Under the pieces are notes generated by a model, which saw only the letters and a program-made list of their open reading frames with translations, had not been told where the DNA came from and made no database searches. A program made the position numbers and the translations under genes. From Perkinsus olseni (taxonomy: Eukaryota), in the NCBI GenBank assembly GCA_013115125.1, contig JABANN010000041.1:1-64000 (forward strand): 64,000 nucleotides of DNA, read 5' to 3'. Of the stretch, positions 1 to 12,395 are shown piece by piece. Positions within the stretch are counted from its first letter, which is position 1. Each line of letters begins with the position of its first letter.

Positions 1-206
1 AGTGGATTAGTGGCTAGGCGTAGCGAAAAAGTGGCCGGGGCGAGCGAATTAGTGGCAGCGAAAAGTTGATGGGTGTCGGTTGGCCCATCCGCCCTCCAAC
101 TCCGCTTTTTGTCGTGATAGTCCAGCGGTGCGTTGGGGAGTGTCCCCGAAAGGTCGATGAATCGTCATCCGTCCCTCCGTCCTGCTGTAGGCATGCTCTC
201 ACTGTA

Positions 207-1473
207 ATGTCTGCTGCTGCTACCGCTCCTCCCCCTACTCATGCATCATTCCGGTGTGGGGGTCCGTTCGTCTCGGCCACCCTTCACTCATTCGGCGGAG
301 AAATCATCGTAAAAGACGCCTTGCCCACCGGGAAGTGGAACGATGACGATGCTCTGAGAGAGCGCTTCCAGAAGGCCGGTGCTGTTGGCATTGACTTCGA
401 GTGGAAGCCCGATAAGAGTCCGGCCACTAACCATCCGATATCTCTGGTCCAACTCGCGACCGAGGACCTAGCCCTGCTGATACGGACGAACACCTGCCAT
501 GTCCTACCTCAGTGGGTGCGGGATCTGCTCAGTGACCCGAAGAAGGCCAAAGTGACCATCGGCTTTGATGTCTCCGACCATGCGAAGTTGCAATTTACGT
601 TTGATTTGGAGTGCAATAATGTTATTGACTTGTACGAGATTAGTAAGAAAAATCGCAACGTCCCTCGCGGAGGTTTGAAGCGGATAGCTCACCACTTTGG
701 CTACTTCTTGCGGAAGGACAAGAAGATCTCGATGAGTGACTGGTCCGCCACAGAGCCCCTCAGCGACATCCAAGTGGGTTCTCGAGTCGGGTTCGCGCGT
801 CGAATTTTTTTGTGAGTCAGATCCACTACGCTGCGGACGACGCCTTCTTCCCATTGCTGCTAGTGGCTCAGCTGGGCGGGCTGTTGGACTCTGGAGTGAG
901 CATGGAAAATCTCAAAGAGAATGTCAAGGCTGTCGATAATAAGGACAGGTGTGTCGGAAGCAATACCTCTGAGGAGTCGGGGAGGGTATGGTATTCAGAT
1001 ATGACGCCATGGTGAAGAAGCGAGCCGCGGTAGTGGACACGCTGAAGACCGACAGAAGTCAGCAGAGCATCGACGGCTGGGTGGCAGCCACGCGCGTCGA
1101 GCCAGGAATCGATCGGGACTTCCTGCTGTGCAATAGAGATGTAGCAAATGAAGCTTATTATTATTATTCTGGGCTTGATTGTAGCTCGTATTACTATTCC
1201 TCCTCTCCTTCTTCTTGTGCTTACTATTATTATTCATACCAACAGACAGTACCGCCGTACTGTTATGGTAACTACGACTTTGTACAGCATCCACAACAGC
1301 AGCAGCTGCAGCAGCAAGAAGCAGTCTTTTGCGATTCTGGGGACCCGCCCTCCTTCCCGTATTCAACGAATGAAGAAATGTACTATTATTATAACTATAC
1401 AGCCTCTGCAGCACCGGTCGTCGACGACGGAGGTATTGCGACACCTTCGGTGAACTATGACAACTCTCGTTAA
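207..1473 (+). CDS. DEDDy 3'-5' exonuclease (WRN/EXD-like) with a Tyr/Gln-rich C-terminal tail; 3 exons (introns ~774-820, ~949-998)
   Basis: ExoI GIDFEW, LVQLAT, ExoII GFDVSD, SMSDW..PLS..QIHYAADD (ExoIII YxxxD), joined across GT-AG introns. Confidence 0.85.
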
Positions 1474-1689
1474 GTGAGACGGTCTGTTGTCCATAGCTTA
1501 TTGGCGGTCATCACGCCGCTGCTGCTCCAGAGGGTTTGCCTCTGCTCTGTACTAAACTTGGCGATTTCCTCAAGTTTTGTGTTCTCCCGTTACAGAGGGA
1601 GTTGAGATATGAGAAATAAAGTTTATCGTATAATAGCCGTTCGAGACGACGATTCGAGAAAAAGTTGGTATCGAAAAGCATAATTCAGG

Positions 1690-2540
1690 TTTTCGAATGG
1701 CGACGAAAGGAGAAAGTTCTTCAAATTCGGCTTCGTGCTGGAGGCCTGGGCCTCGACGAAAGCTCCTCTGAGTCCGAGGAGGAGGACACCGAGGGAGACT
1801 TCGGTGTCCTGAAGAAGCGCCTCGCGCAGAAGTTGGTCGCTGAATGGGTACCTGAGAACGTATTGAGTAAGCTGCGTCACTCCGAGAAGGGCGATCGCCC
1901 TTCGTGTTTCAGCCGGGAGCTCGAGCAAGCGCGAGAGGTTCCGCCAGGAGGCGTTGTCACACCCTGACGACATCGAGGCCTGCTTCGACGGCGAGTTCTC
2001 CCGCTACATGTTCCGCCTGAGGCATCACCCCCTTGCTGCTGATCGAAATGTGGTAGTAGGAAGAGTGGCAAAGTTCTTGGGGATGACGACTGAGGAAGTG
2101 GAAGGTCGGATAGAGGAGGATGTTAAGCTGCAGGCCTGCATGGAGAGGCTGGAGACGGCTATGGTTAATACTGCCTCGGAACGTAGTATACTGGGTTATT
2201 CTGCCATGAGCATGCTTCGACCTTGGATAGGTAGCGTGGTGATGGGCCTGGTAGCTCGGTTCACGGTACTGGCGGACGGCGAGTGCAAAGATAAGGAGTA
2301 CAAGCGTTTATTGACTCAGTGGATCAAGGCCCTATGTGATGGTGATACGGGCTAGGAAACGAGGGCGCTGGGGCTGCTGGCAAGCCGTCTATTACTAGCT
2401 TGTTCGTCAGAGCGGAAGGATGCTCCCAGTCTGCGGGAGGAGATGAAGAAGAGGCTGGCTGTTGTCCGCGGTGAAGCCAGAACCGAAGAAGCGTCAGAGG
2501 AAGAGAATGAACCCCGGGAGAAGCGACAACGTACCGCTTA
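1690..2540 (+). CDS. Hypothetical multi-exon protein (start not resolved)
   Basis: ORFs 1665-1967 and 1954-2355 join through an intron at ~1867-1912; acidic SSSESEEED patch; ends ...KRQRTA*. Confidence 0.45.
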
Positions 2541-2697
2541 GTTATTCCATAACTGCTTAACGTTTCTACCAGCTCACTGGGGGAGAAGGGTTGGGTTGGG
2601 ACAATTCTGGGAGAGGGGCAGGAGGGCGTTGGGAATGAGTTTTGGCATGATCTTAAGATTTTTTATATCCGTTGAATAGGCGCTTATTTGAGACAGT

Positions 2698-5600
2698 ATG
2701 AGCTGGTTGCAGTCGACGCTGAGTAAAGTGCGGAAGCAGTCGGAGTTGGTCGGACGTACTGATGGGGGCGTCCGAGATTGGCAGGGATCGATGGGGGCTT
2801 GTGGGTCAGGTCAAGTTAGACAGGGCACACAGCAGATCGCGTCGGCCACCAGCAAATTCATGGAGGATATCAGTGCTGCTGGTAGTAGTAACAGAGTGAT
2901 GGGAGAGTCTGGGAGGCCAGGCCTTTTGGCCATGGGGAGAATCAATATGCTGGGCCAGCTGGGCCATGTTGATTCTACTCAGCTGAGCTACTCAGCTGAG
3001 CTGGGTGCTTCTAGAACGACGCTCACATCTCTCGCGAGTACCTCTTCCGAGTGAATTCAGGACGATGGATCTTTTTACATCGTCGAGAGGAGTGGGTGCC
3101 GTGCACCGGTTAAAGTCCATGCAGTGAGGGAGTCATCATTAAAAGTCGATAATTCCAGCACGGCTCAGTTTATTACGATAATGGATTACTAATGGTTCGT
3201 TGATCAAAATTACCGTCCTCGGGTACCTCTCAGTGGGAGCCTCTTACCCGTGCTGTCGTTGAAGTAGCGAGCAACCAATCGCGCTGTATGATGGGAGTGG
3301 TGGTCCGAATCGTAACCGCGACTGTCACCGTGTCTCGTACTGCAGGCTCCCTCCCTGCTGGATCGACCACAGGGCTGAGAACGTGTCAGGAAGTATCTTA
3401 CATGTTGGAGTCCTACATAGACGAGCTTGGGGCCGGCGGCAACGCTGCTAGGAAGCTGCCGGGGGTAGCGAATCTCATCGACTGTGGTGTTCTCGGACTG
3501 TTCAAGTTGTCAGCTTGTTGAGAGTTTGAATCGGTGGAATGAGGAGATCGCTCTCGGGAACGACGCGAAACAGAGGTACGACGAATGTCTCCTTGGCGCG
3601 GAGTCATGGGTGCTCTAGGTTCATAGACACTCCTGAGGGGATGTCACCGACGCAGCTGCAAAGCATCCCGCCGAACCAGATCACGGCCCTCACATTCCGA
3701 CAGGTGGGTGGGGCTGGGAGAATCTTCAGTCTAGTACGACCCAAAAGTGGGTAGATCCTGGAGATCATCTTTATTGTCGCCTTCGAGAGTCGGTAGGACT
3801 TATTCTCGTCTTTGGCAGGTGTTCCTGCGGTCTGAGTGCCTGGAGAAGCTTGTCGGCCTATGTGCTAGAGACGAGAGCTTGAGGGTGCTGCTGAGGGACT
3901 TGGCGAGTGTTGCCAATGCCCCTACAGAGGAGGATGAGGACATCACTATCGAGAAGATGTTCCGATTCATGGTACTGCGGGAAGGGGAGGAGGGAGGTGC
4001 AGTCTGTAACGGGGTACAGAATTGCGAGGATGAAGCGGAGATGAGGCTGCTATGGCGCGAGGCAGAAGCACGGCCGATCTGAGTTTATTGAATTGTGAAG
4101 CATTGTGTATCGGATAAAGTCAGCATGTAGCAACAACGAGGCCGCCATGGGGCGCGGGGTGAGCACGGCGATCGAACAATGATCGAAGCATTGAGGCAGT
4201 ACGTGGTTTAGTGAATCATTATGCAATATGTAGCGAGGGAGGAATGCTTCGTTCGAAGATGGGACCACTATGCCACGGGAGGAGAGCACGGCGGTCGGGC
4301 CATTGGAACAGTGATGATGTACTGGGTGCTGCCTCTCATCCGCGTGGCATAGCGGCCTCACTTCAGCCTGTCGCGTTTGGCTGTATAATAGTGGTGGGAA
4401 TAAATTCCTCCATCCCTTCAAGTCTCTTCGTTCAAGTACTACCTGGCCTCAACTAGCCGTCAGTGCCTCTCTAATTGGCGATAGTCTCCAGTGGCCCTGC
4501 TCCCTTCTCGCAGCCGTGGGATGCTTCAGATCCGCACGGAATGGCAATTAGGCTGGGTAGCTCTCGCATGAGTATCGGTTGCTCGTCAGATGTACAGACT
4601 GTTGGGGCAGTGCTTGCGAGGGCAGCCGACGGTGTGGCAGCAGCTGATAGAGTCTGTCATGCAAACTAGTAGGGCAGAGGATCTGTCTCAGCGGATACAT
4701 GAACCACCTCTGCAGGGGAAGACGTGCCGGTCGATCGAGAGCTCATCGCCTGGCTCGAGAAAATGATCACTGCCTTGAAGTTGGATTGGAAGGTACTGGT
4801 CTGGGCCGTGCTAGGGGCTTCGTCGCCCCCTTCCCCGGGCTCTATTGTGCCTCTCAGGACGATCACTACCATGACAGGGTGCTAAATACGATGAGGAGGC
4901 TGAAGGCGGACATGCAGAAGGAAGGAGAGGTGTGGTATTGATAAGGGTTCTTGTGGACGTCCCATCTGCTTTTCAGAGCCCCGTTTCCTCCGGAAGCTCT
5001 CAACTGCCGTCAGCCACGATTGCCACTCTGACCTGCCAGCTGAATCGTATAGTTAGTTCGGCCAAGGAGAGGAGGATCAAGTCTTTGGCACAGCGGGAGG
5101 CGACGATGAAGGTACTAAAGAAACTGAGGGGAGGGTCGGTCTCCGCGCCATCTTATAGGAGCTTCACCGGAGCTCGGGATAAATCTCGTTTTTTGTGGTA
5201 CTCCCCGGTATGGTCTCTTATTTTTCAGGAAGTGGTGAAGGCGTGCGAGGCCAAAATGGTGGACATTGACAAGAACGTGGACTCCCAGGCGACAGAGATA
5301 GCCGAGCTTGAGGAGCAAGTCAAAAGCATGCATACAGAAGTACTGAGGGCGGAGGGAGGGATGTCTTCTCCGGGGATCGAACCCGGGACCTTGCATTAGC
5401 AGGTCCATGAGCAACTGGAGGCTTTGAAGCCGAATGAGACTGAAATCGAAGAGCAGATGAAGACTCTGGAGGAGGAAAAAGAAAAGCTCGAAAAACGTCT
5501 CATGGAGATCAGTACGCTACGCACGCGCTGGAAATTCGTCGCGCTCGAATCGGGCCGGGGAATTCGTGAAATGCATCAGTCTGGTCGAGTGGTCCGTGGA

Positions 5601-7036
5601 CTGATGACAGTCAGGGAGTACTGTCACCGCATTAGCGTGCAGTTGTCGTCTTCAGATGAGGAGCTAGAGACCCTGGCAGCGCGCAAGAGCTCGATTGAGC
5701 AGGCGGAGGGCCAGCTGATGCGAAGCGACAAGGACACTTCAGAGCACTTCGAGGCTAGGATCGCCGAGCAGCAGCTGCATCAGCGACAGGAGGCAGATCT
5801 GAAGGGATATATTGTAATATTCATTATATCATGTTGTCAATGTTTATGACATTCCTCTATTGACCTGCTGAATTGTCATCATATGATTCAGTATTTCAAT
5901 ATCATTAGACTATCACGAGAAGGTATCATTATTATACTATGTCACTGTTGCAACACGCGTTGAATGACGCTGAGCAGCCGCCCTCAGGCCACCTTCAAGT
6001 CGGTGGTACTGGTCGGCAACGACGAGCTCACCTCGGTCTCAGCCAACCAGGTTGCGGAAATGGACGCCAAAATGGTGAAGACGAGAGAGAAGGCCGAGAC
6101 CGGCGCTACGGAGTGGGCGGGGATTTTCTGAGTGTCCCTGCTGTCGTAGATGGCCGTGGCAGGTTCTTGCTGAAGGAAGCAGCATACCTGGCTGTACTGA
6201 AGGCTGAGATGGAGTCGCCGGACTCCCCTGGTGAGCATGTCTTGCAGCTTCTGAAGCAGGCGGATAAGGCGTGGATGACTGTGGACAGGTGAGGGGCCGG
6301 CTGATGGTGATCTGGTGGTCGATATGGAAATCCGTAGGTTCGGGCGGCAATATGGTGAGTTCATTGAGGCGAAGCCCGACGCGGTGGCGGCACTACGAGT
6401 GAGTAATTTTCGAAAAAGCGTCGTAACGGCGGTGTGGTGTCTCAGCGCGTGTCCGACCTCTACGCTGGTTGCAAGGATGCAGCTGAGCCACACAAGCTGG
6501 AGGCGATGGAGAGGATCCATAGGGGCATGTCTGAGGATGTTACTGGGGCGCCCGTCATGAGCATTGCCACGCCGAGGTCCAGCGAGGGTGGAAGCAGCCC
6601 GCAAGGTACTGGGCTTACTGGGAGTCTTGGTTCAGTGGGAGTATCTTTAGTTCAACCCCCGCCGCCGGAGAATACAACTGAGGACGCTGACTCGGCGGCT
6701 AAAGTGGAGGTTGCTGGGGTCGAACCTGCGTCTAACACGGCTGCAACCCCTTCACCTGCTGAGAGGCCGTCTGATGATCGGACAGAGGCGCCTCCGCCGC
6801 CACCAGCGCAGGAGAAGAAGGCTGTGGCGCCGCCACCCCCTCCTCCGCGGAAGGACGACACGGAAAACAGAGAGGCTCCGGAGCAGCCGCCTGAGGTGAA
6901 GCACTGAATCTCAACTCGCCGTGGACTTTCGGGATCAATTATTGGCCCGTTTCAGTCCGCGGCTGCTGCTGCTGCTGATGCCACGGCCCCGGCTGGTAGT
7001 CAGGATGACAAGCTGTTTGATGACCTCCTGAAATAA
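2698..7036 (+). CDS. Large multi-exon coiled-coil protein with a Pro-rich region
   Basis: Chain of + strand exons separated by short GT-AG introns; heptad-rich segments at 5230-5800; PPPPP tracts at 6650-6850; ends DDKLFDDLLK*. Confidence 0.55.
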
Positions 7037-7208
7037 GGATCTTCATCACTACCGACTCAAGTGTTCAGCATTGCTATTTTTGATAGTTATCGGCAGTTTC
7101 ACTCGGCCCCCTCCGTAGGATGCGTTTGGGGTCTCCGCTGGCGCCTGGCTTCACTTCGGCTTCCACGGTACGATTTCTGAGGTTGCAGTTTCTTCTTTGG
7201 ATTGGCTG

Positions 7209-8544
7209 ATGGCATCCAGTCCAAGCGGCGGCTTTACTCCGCTCATGGAGCTGCCCGAAGTCGCCTACTCCTCCAGCACCCTGCCCACTAGCCCGGGGGC
7301 CCACAACGCGATCGTGCTGATCGTGAGCCTTCTTATGGGGGCGTGGGCGGTTGCGATAGTCCTCCGCTCGCTGAAGGCCGTGACCATCCTCAAGCACTTG
7401 CAGCCAGGAGGTGAGTGGTGTCTAGTCACCATCGCAATCAGCGATCTGCTGTGATTGCTTTTCAGTGGCTAACGGGGGTGAAGAGAATGCCTTCTCTGAC
7501 GCCTCCAGCGAGGACTCGAACGCTACGGCGGACGCTGCAGATCATCATCATCGTCCCATAAAGGAGCCGCACGTCCTGACGGTCCCTCGGATGTCGGTGT
7601 ACGCGAAGGACTTCGACTCTATCACGCGGAAGCACGTAGCCCAGATCTTGCAAGCTTCGCGAGAGCTGCGGAAGCCGCCAGTTCCGATACCCTCCCTGAA
7701 CCTGTGCAGCACCCTCACGTCAGTCGCTTACATTGGAGGCAAGCTGACGGTGAAGACCTCCTCGCCTTGCAAAGTCCACATCGCGACGGGTGTCGGCGCC
7801 AGCACTCTTGATGCTCTCCTCAATCCAACCTCCCACGCAGGGAGTACGGGCCCCATGGGAGCGGCAGAGAGGCGGGCAGCTGCTCGGCACTGGTGGCTCG
7901 AAGTTGTGAAGGAGGCTCTCAGGCCCACGGCCCTACCCTCGGAGGACGCCAGGCAGCTACGGTGGTCTCGCGTTCCGCCAGAAGCGGGGGTGATGCCACC
8001 GATGGTGGAGCCTCTGGCGCCTGCTTCGAGAGCTCGCAGTGAGGACGATTGCCGCTTGGAATTGAGCGCGAGTATCGGCGGTGTCTCCGATGCTCTTCAC
8101 TTCCCCAATTCGCAGCCAGACTTGTTGAACCGGTTGCAGGCCCTCTGCAGCACCACCATCGACTCCGGCACCTCAGTCGACCTTGTCATACCGCCGGTAG
8201 CTGGCGACGTCTTCCCGCTCATGCTGCTGCTCGCCGACCCCACCCGGGCGGGCTGGGTCCTTGCCCTCTGCGCGAACCAGACCGTTCTCGGAGAGTTGGT
8301 CGTGACAGATGACGGAGCCCTCCACTGCCTCACTTTGTTCGGACTTCGTCCCGAGGATGACAAGACCTGCATGATCTGCTACGATAACGTCCGCTCAGTC
8401 GCCCTGCTGCCGTGCGGCCACTGCTGCCTGTGTTACCGGTGCGCCCGACACCTCCGCGATCAGAAGTGCCCCATGTGCCGGACCGTTTTTGACGCGTATG
8501 TGACCATTCCTGTGCGCTTCGAGCGAAGCAGCAGCAACCTTTAA
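7209..8544 (+). CDS. Membrane-anchored C3HC4 RING E3 ubiquitin ligase
   Basis: N-terminal TM (IVLIVSLLMGAWAVAIVL), intron ~7411-7467, C-terminal CMICYD..LLPCGHCCLCYRCA..CPMCR. Confidence 0.85.
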
Positions 8545-8709
8545 AGCTCGTCGTCAGTGGACCGTCGTGATGTACCATTCCTTTTTGCTTTTGTTTGTAA
8601 CAGACGACTTGTCGCGTTCGTTGTTCAATTTTCTTCGATGACGTGTTGGGTGTCCTCGAGCTGGTGATGATGCGATTGGTCGTAGGGAGTGGCAGCTTCG
8701 GTTCTTTGA

Positions 8710-9772
8710 ATGGCAGCTATCGGGGCCTTCGTCGTCTCCTGGATCCTCTCGAGACTCACGCCCGGCTCCGACTGCCCGCCGACCACCGCCGCCCACCAAG
8801 AACGGCCACTGCGAGAACTCGAAGCGGTCCGACCGCTCGTTCCTGCCGTCCCGCCCGATGCGAAGAACTTGTAAGGCTTAGTCGGTCTGACGTGCTTGAG
8901 CTGGGCGAACGCTTCTAGTTTTCGCCCCTTCCAGGCCTCTGCCAGTACTGCTGGACCGTAGCAGCTCCACAGCTGCGGCCGTGGGCGACGAGTCTCTTCG
9001 ATTGGCCGTTGAGAGTGGCGATCCAAAACGGGTATACCACCGGGGTGAGGTTCACTAAGTAACCGAGACTGAAGAGGGACAGCTTATTCTATGCTGCGCA
9101 CGGGTCGACCACGGCGAGAGGAGCTTTGATTCCTTACAGGTTGCGGAGGTCCTGGCACGTCCCGACACTGACATCAACCGTTTCTTCGACCGTTTTTCTT
9201 ATCGTCATACAGCGCTCTTCATAGCCACCAAGCTAGGCAAGATCGATCTGATGCGGCTTTTGCTCAACGCCGGCGCCGATCCTAATCTGATATGCACAAG
9301 TAATGTTCAGCCATCATCCGTGCTCGCGCCCCGACTCTCGTCGGTTTCGGTCCAGGCACGCAAATTTACGAGAGAGACACTCTGGACTTTCACGAGACTG
9401 CTCTCTATCATGCCGTGCGGACGAAGAAGCTCGACGCCGCCAGAGAGCTGCTGTCACATCCCGCCACAGACGTGAATATCGTGTGCAGGTGAGTGGGGCC
9501 CTAGGGATGCCGTTGAACTCGAAGATGGTCCTCGATGGTCAGGCATGAATACGTCCGAGGGGAAGAAGAATGGGGCGAGGTGAGCGAATTCGCGTCGCCG
9601 CAAAACTGCTAACGCTCTGCTTGTTCCTGTCGTGTTCATCGCCATTACGATGTGCTCTCAGGACATCGAGACGATGACGTTCCGTGCGCTCGACGTGGTC
9701 CCGGTTGGCCCAGCTGGCGAGAGGATTGCGGCGGAGATCCGCGATAGAGGCGGCCTCACGGCTGCGGAGTGA
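8710..9772 (+). CDS. Ankyrin-repeat protein (multi-exon)
   Basis: Spliced repeats ESLRLAVESGDPKR/VAEVLARPDTDIN, HTALFIATKLGKIDLMRLLLNAGADPN, ETALYHAVRTKKLDAARELLSHPATDVN. Confidence 0.8.
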
Positions 9773-9919
9773 TCTGCTGCCCACCTCATCCCTCCAAGCG
9801 CATACTGGAGCGCTCATCATTCAATTGACTTGTTCTCATCCCTCACTTCACCCTGATGTAGTTTTCTTTATCCATCTGCCGCTTGTGTTCGTCAACTCCC
9901 CCGCAAACAAGCCAGACTG

Positions 9920-11398
9920 CATGGCCTACATCCTGTCGAGATTTTTCTGGACCGTACCCGTGCTTTCAGCGCACTTCGAAGCGCCGATGATTTCCCACGT
10001 AACGGGTATTCTATACGCTGTACTGCTTCGACCGTACAGTTCAGTAACTGTGTGGGAGACTGGGATAAGGCAGGGTGAAGTGCCTGTTTTGAAGCGACTG
10101 CCAAGCCCACGGAAGTTCTTCAATGAGCTCTCGGAAGTCCCTTTCGTTGTAGGAGGGGATATTTCGCCACCGCTTCCCCCATAGCCTCAGCAAGGTACGT
10201 TCAGCAGGCCTGGTCGACCCCTCGGACCCAATCTGGACTGATGAGGGTTTATTACAGGCCCTGGGCTCTGAATACAAACTGTAGGCGAAGCGGCGCCGAC
10301 GATGTTGTTGTTTGGTCTCGTTGCAGCTCAGCCGTTGAAGTTGAGCTTACCGAGACGCGCAGTATCCCAGCGGTGAAGGATTTCCCCTTGCCGAAGTAGG
10401 GGAAGGGAATCGGCTGAGTCTCTGTGGTGATCGTGTGCCGCAGATTTCTCGGCATGTACAGAACCAATGAGTTGTACTCGGTCTCGCAGATGCCAAGGCG
10501 CATTCGAAGTCACTACAAGCTCTTCCCTGTAATAGAGTATACGCCCGCTCGCTGACGAAAGGGCTCCTTCCAGTTCCTGTCATGCGGCGGCTGGACGTAC
10601 CACTTGTTTGAGCCGGTCTTGTGGATGGCTGGCGGCCGAACGCGCAGTGTTATCCATCAGGATAGCCAGCACAACCAGCACTGTGTTATTGACGGCTCCA
10701 AGAGGTTCATCATCTGGCCTGCCGATGTATTTCCGCCTCTACAACGGGACCGGACGAGGGGCTTCTTATATGCTGCAGAGCGGCATCGATTCCGACGCCT
10801 TCGGCTGGATTGACGTAGAAGATTTCCCCGAGCACAAGGAGCAGTTCCCGGAGGTATCCCTTCCGTGTAAAGGCCAAAATGCTTCCTCATGTGAGGTATA
10901 CGGAGCCTTCGCCGCCCGGGTCAACATCAATGATATGGACCTGAAGGCCTTCCCTGCATGGAGCGAGGCGGTGTGGTGGGAGGCTACACTAGAGGCTGGC
11001 GACTGTCTGTAGATGGGGCGGATGCCGCATGCTTGCTTCATCAGTGCTATGAAGTTACATGCCTCCGTGGTGGTTCCATCACGTCGAGTCGGGGACCAAC
11101 CGGACCGTTTCCAGCCACATCTGGTTCAACAAACCGCTCACGTGGTGAGAGGATGGCATTAGGGTCCTCGGCTGGCTGGCGGGATGGCCGTGCAGGTACG
11201 GCTTCGCGTCGACGTGTGATGACGAGGAGAATCCTTCGAGTACAGTCCTGTCAGATTGTGAGTTCTACGATACCACCGGCAATGATACACGAGCGTCTTT
11301 CGCTTCTCAAACGAGCGCATGTGGCAAGCTCAGAAAACAATATGAAGGGGTGGAGCTGTGAGGTTCATAGAGGCCGTAGATGTGTGCCTTCTATTTGA
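9920..11398 (+). CDS. JmjC/Cupin_8 Fe(II)/2-oxoglutarate oxygenase (multi-exon)
   Basis: LWMAGGRTRSVIHQD (HxD), HCVIDGSKRFIIWP, ATLEAGDCL/YMPPWWFHHVES (distal His). Confidence 0.85.
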
Positions 11399-11663
11399 AG
11401 TGGCGGTGGGGGAAGGGGGATATGGTGGTACTATCCGCTCCGGTACATTATAAGTTGAAACTTCAATAGTTCCATAAACTCCGTTTATCGGTGTTAAGCT
11501 GCTCAGTGCTCCATACATTGGGGCGGAGCGGAGCCCAGTGATCGATTTCGACACTCCCCTCCAGTTAACGAGGAGAGTGAGAGTCTCCCCCGAGTTGGGA
11601 CGGAGGAAGACAACGCTAGAGCAGCCGTCGAGGAGGCTAGAGCACCCCTTGACGAGCCGAACC

Positions 11664-12210
11664 ATGTCCGAATCGCGACTGTATCAGTCCTATGATCGAT
11701 ATGGTCCTACAAGCTATGGTCTCCTCGCCGGCGCACACCAACCTTCGGTAGCCGATGCGCCCCCCAAAACGCGCGCGACATCGCTTCGCGGTGTATGTGC
11801 GTGCACACCTCGTGTCACGTGATGCGTAGCTTCGCTTCATTAACGACCCGCAAGATCCTCGGCTGGATCTGGAGCTCTCTCCAGACTCTTGGCCCTGTGC
11901 ATCCCTCCCTGGGCGGCGATATGCGGATCTGCCTTCGTGGCCCATCCTGGGTTGTTCTCGCCCTCTTTCTGCAGAGCTCGTCTGCTTGCGTCGCTTCCCA
12001 CTGTCTAGAGCGCGAGTTACCGAGATCGCAGTCGGAGTCTCATGGCTGTCCGCGCGCCTTCTGGAATGGCAAGCCTTCCTTGCCAGTAAGCTACAGGAAG
12101 GCTTTCAATGGCCTCCGTTACAGGCTATCATGGATGCCAACCGAAGCATCCCGAAAATTCGCTGCAAATCCGAGTGTTTCGGGCAAGCTGATTGGGCGAT
12201 CGTAACACTA
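11664..12210 (+). CDS. Possible small multi-exon hypothetical protein
   Basis: ATG at 11664 (MSESRLYQSYDRYGP), followed by GT-AG bounded segments; no recognisable family. Confidence 0.3.
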
Positions 12211-12395
12211 GTAAACAACGGGGGCCTAGTGGAGTGTTTTCAGGATGGGGGGTAGGGACAGTTGTGTACGGAAACCTAGGTGTACATGAGCACGCAGGCG
12301 TGCACGGTGGCTCAGCAGTCACTTGCTATCTTGCGTTCTTGCAGTTCTTGCGGTACGCGAGGGTACATACCCAGCACGCACGCATCATCGCACGC

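Noticed and set aside
6712-6735. T-arm-like GCAGGTTCGACCCCAGC on the minus strand
   Set aside because: Lies in coding sequence (AGVEPA), has an imperfect stem and no other tRNA parts
10149-10204. Apparent non-canonical GA/GG donor in the JmjC gene
   Set aside because: A canonical GT...AAG intron gives the in-frame PFV/VRSAG
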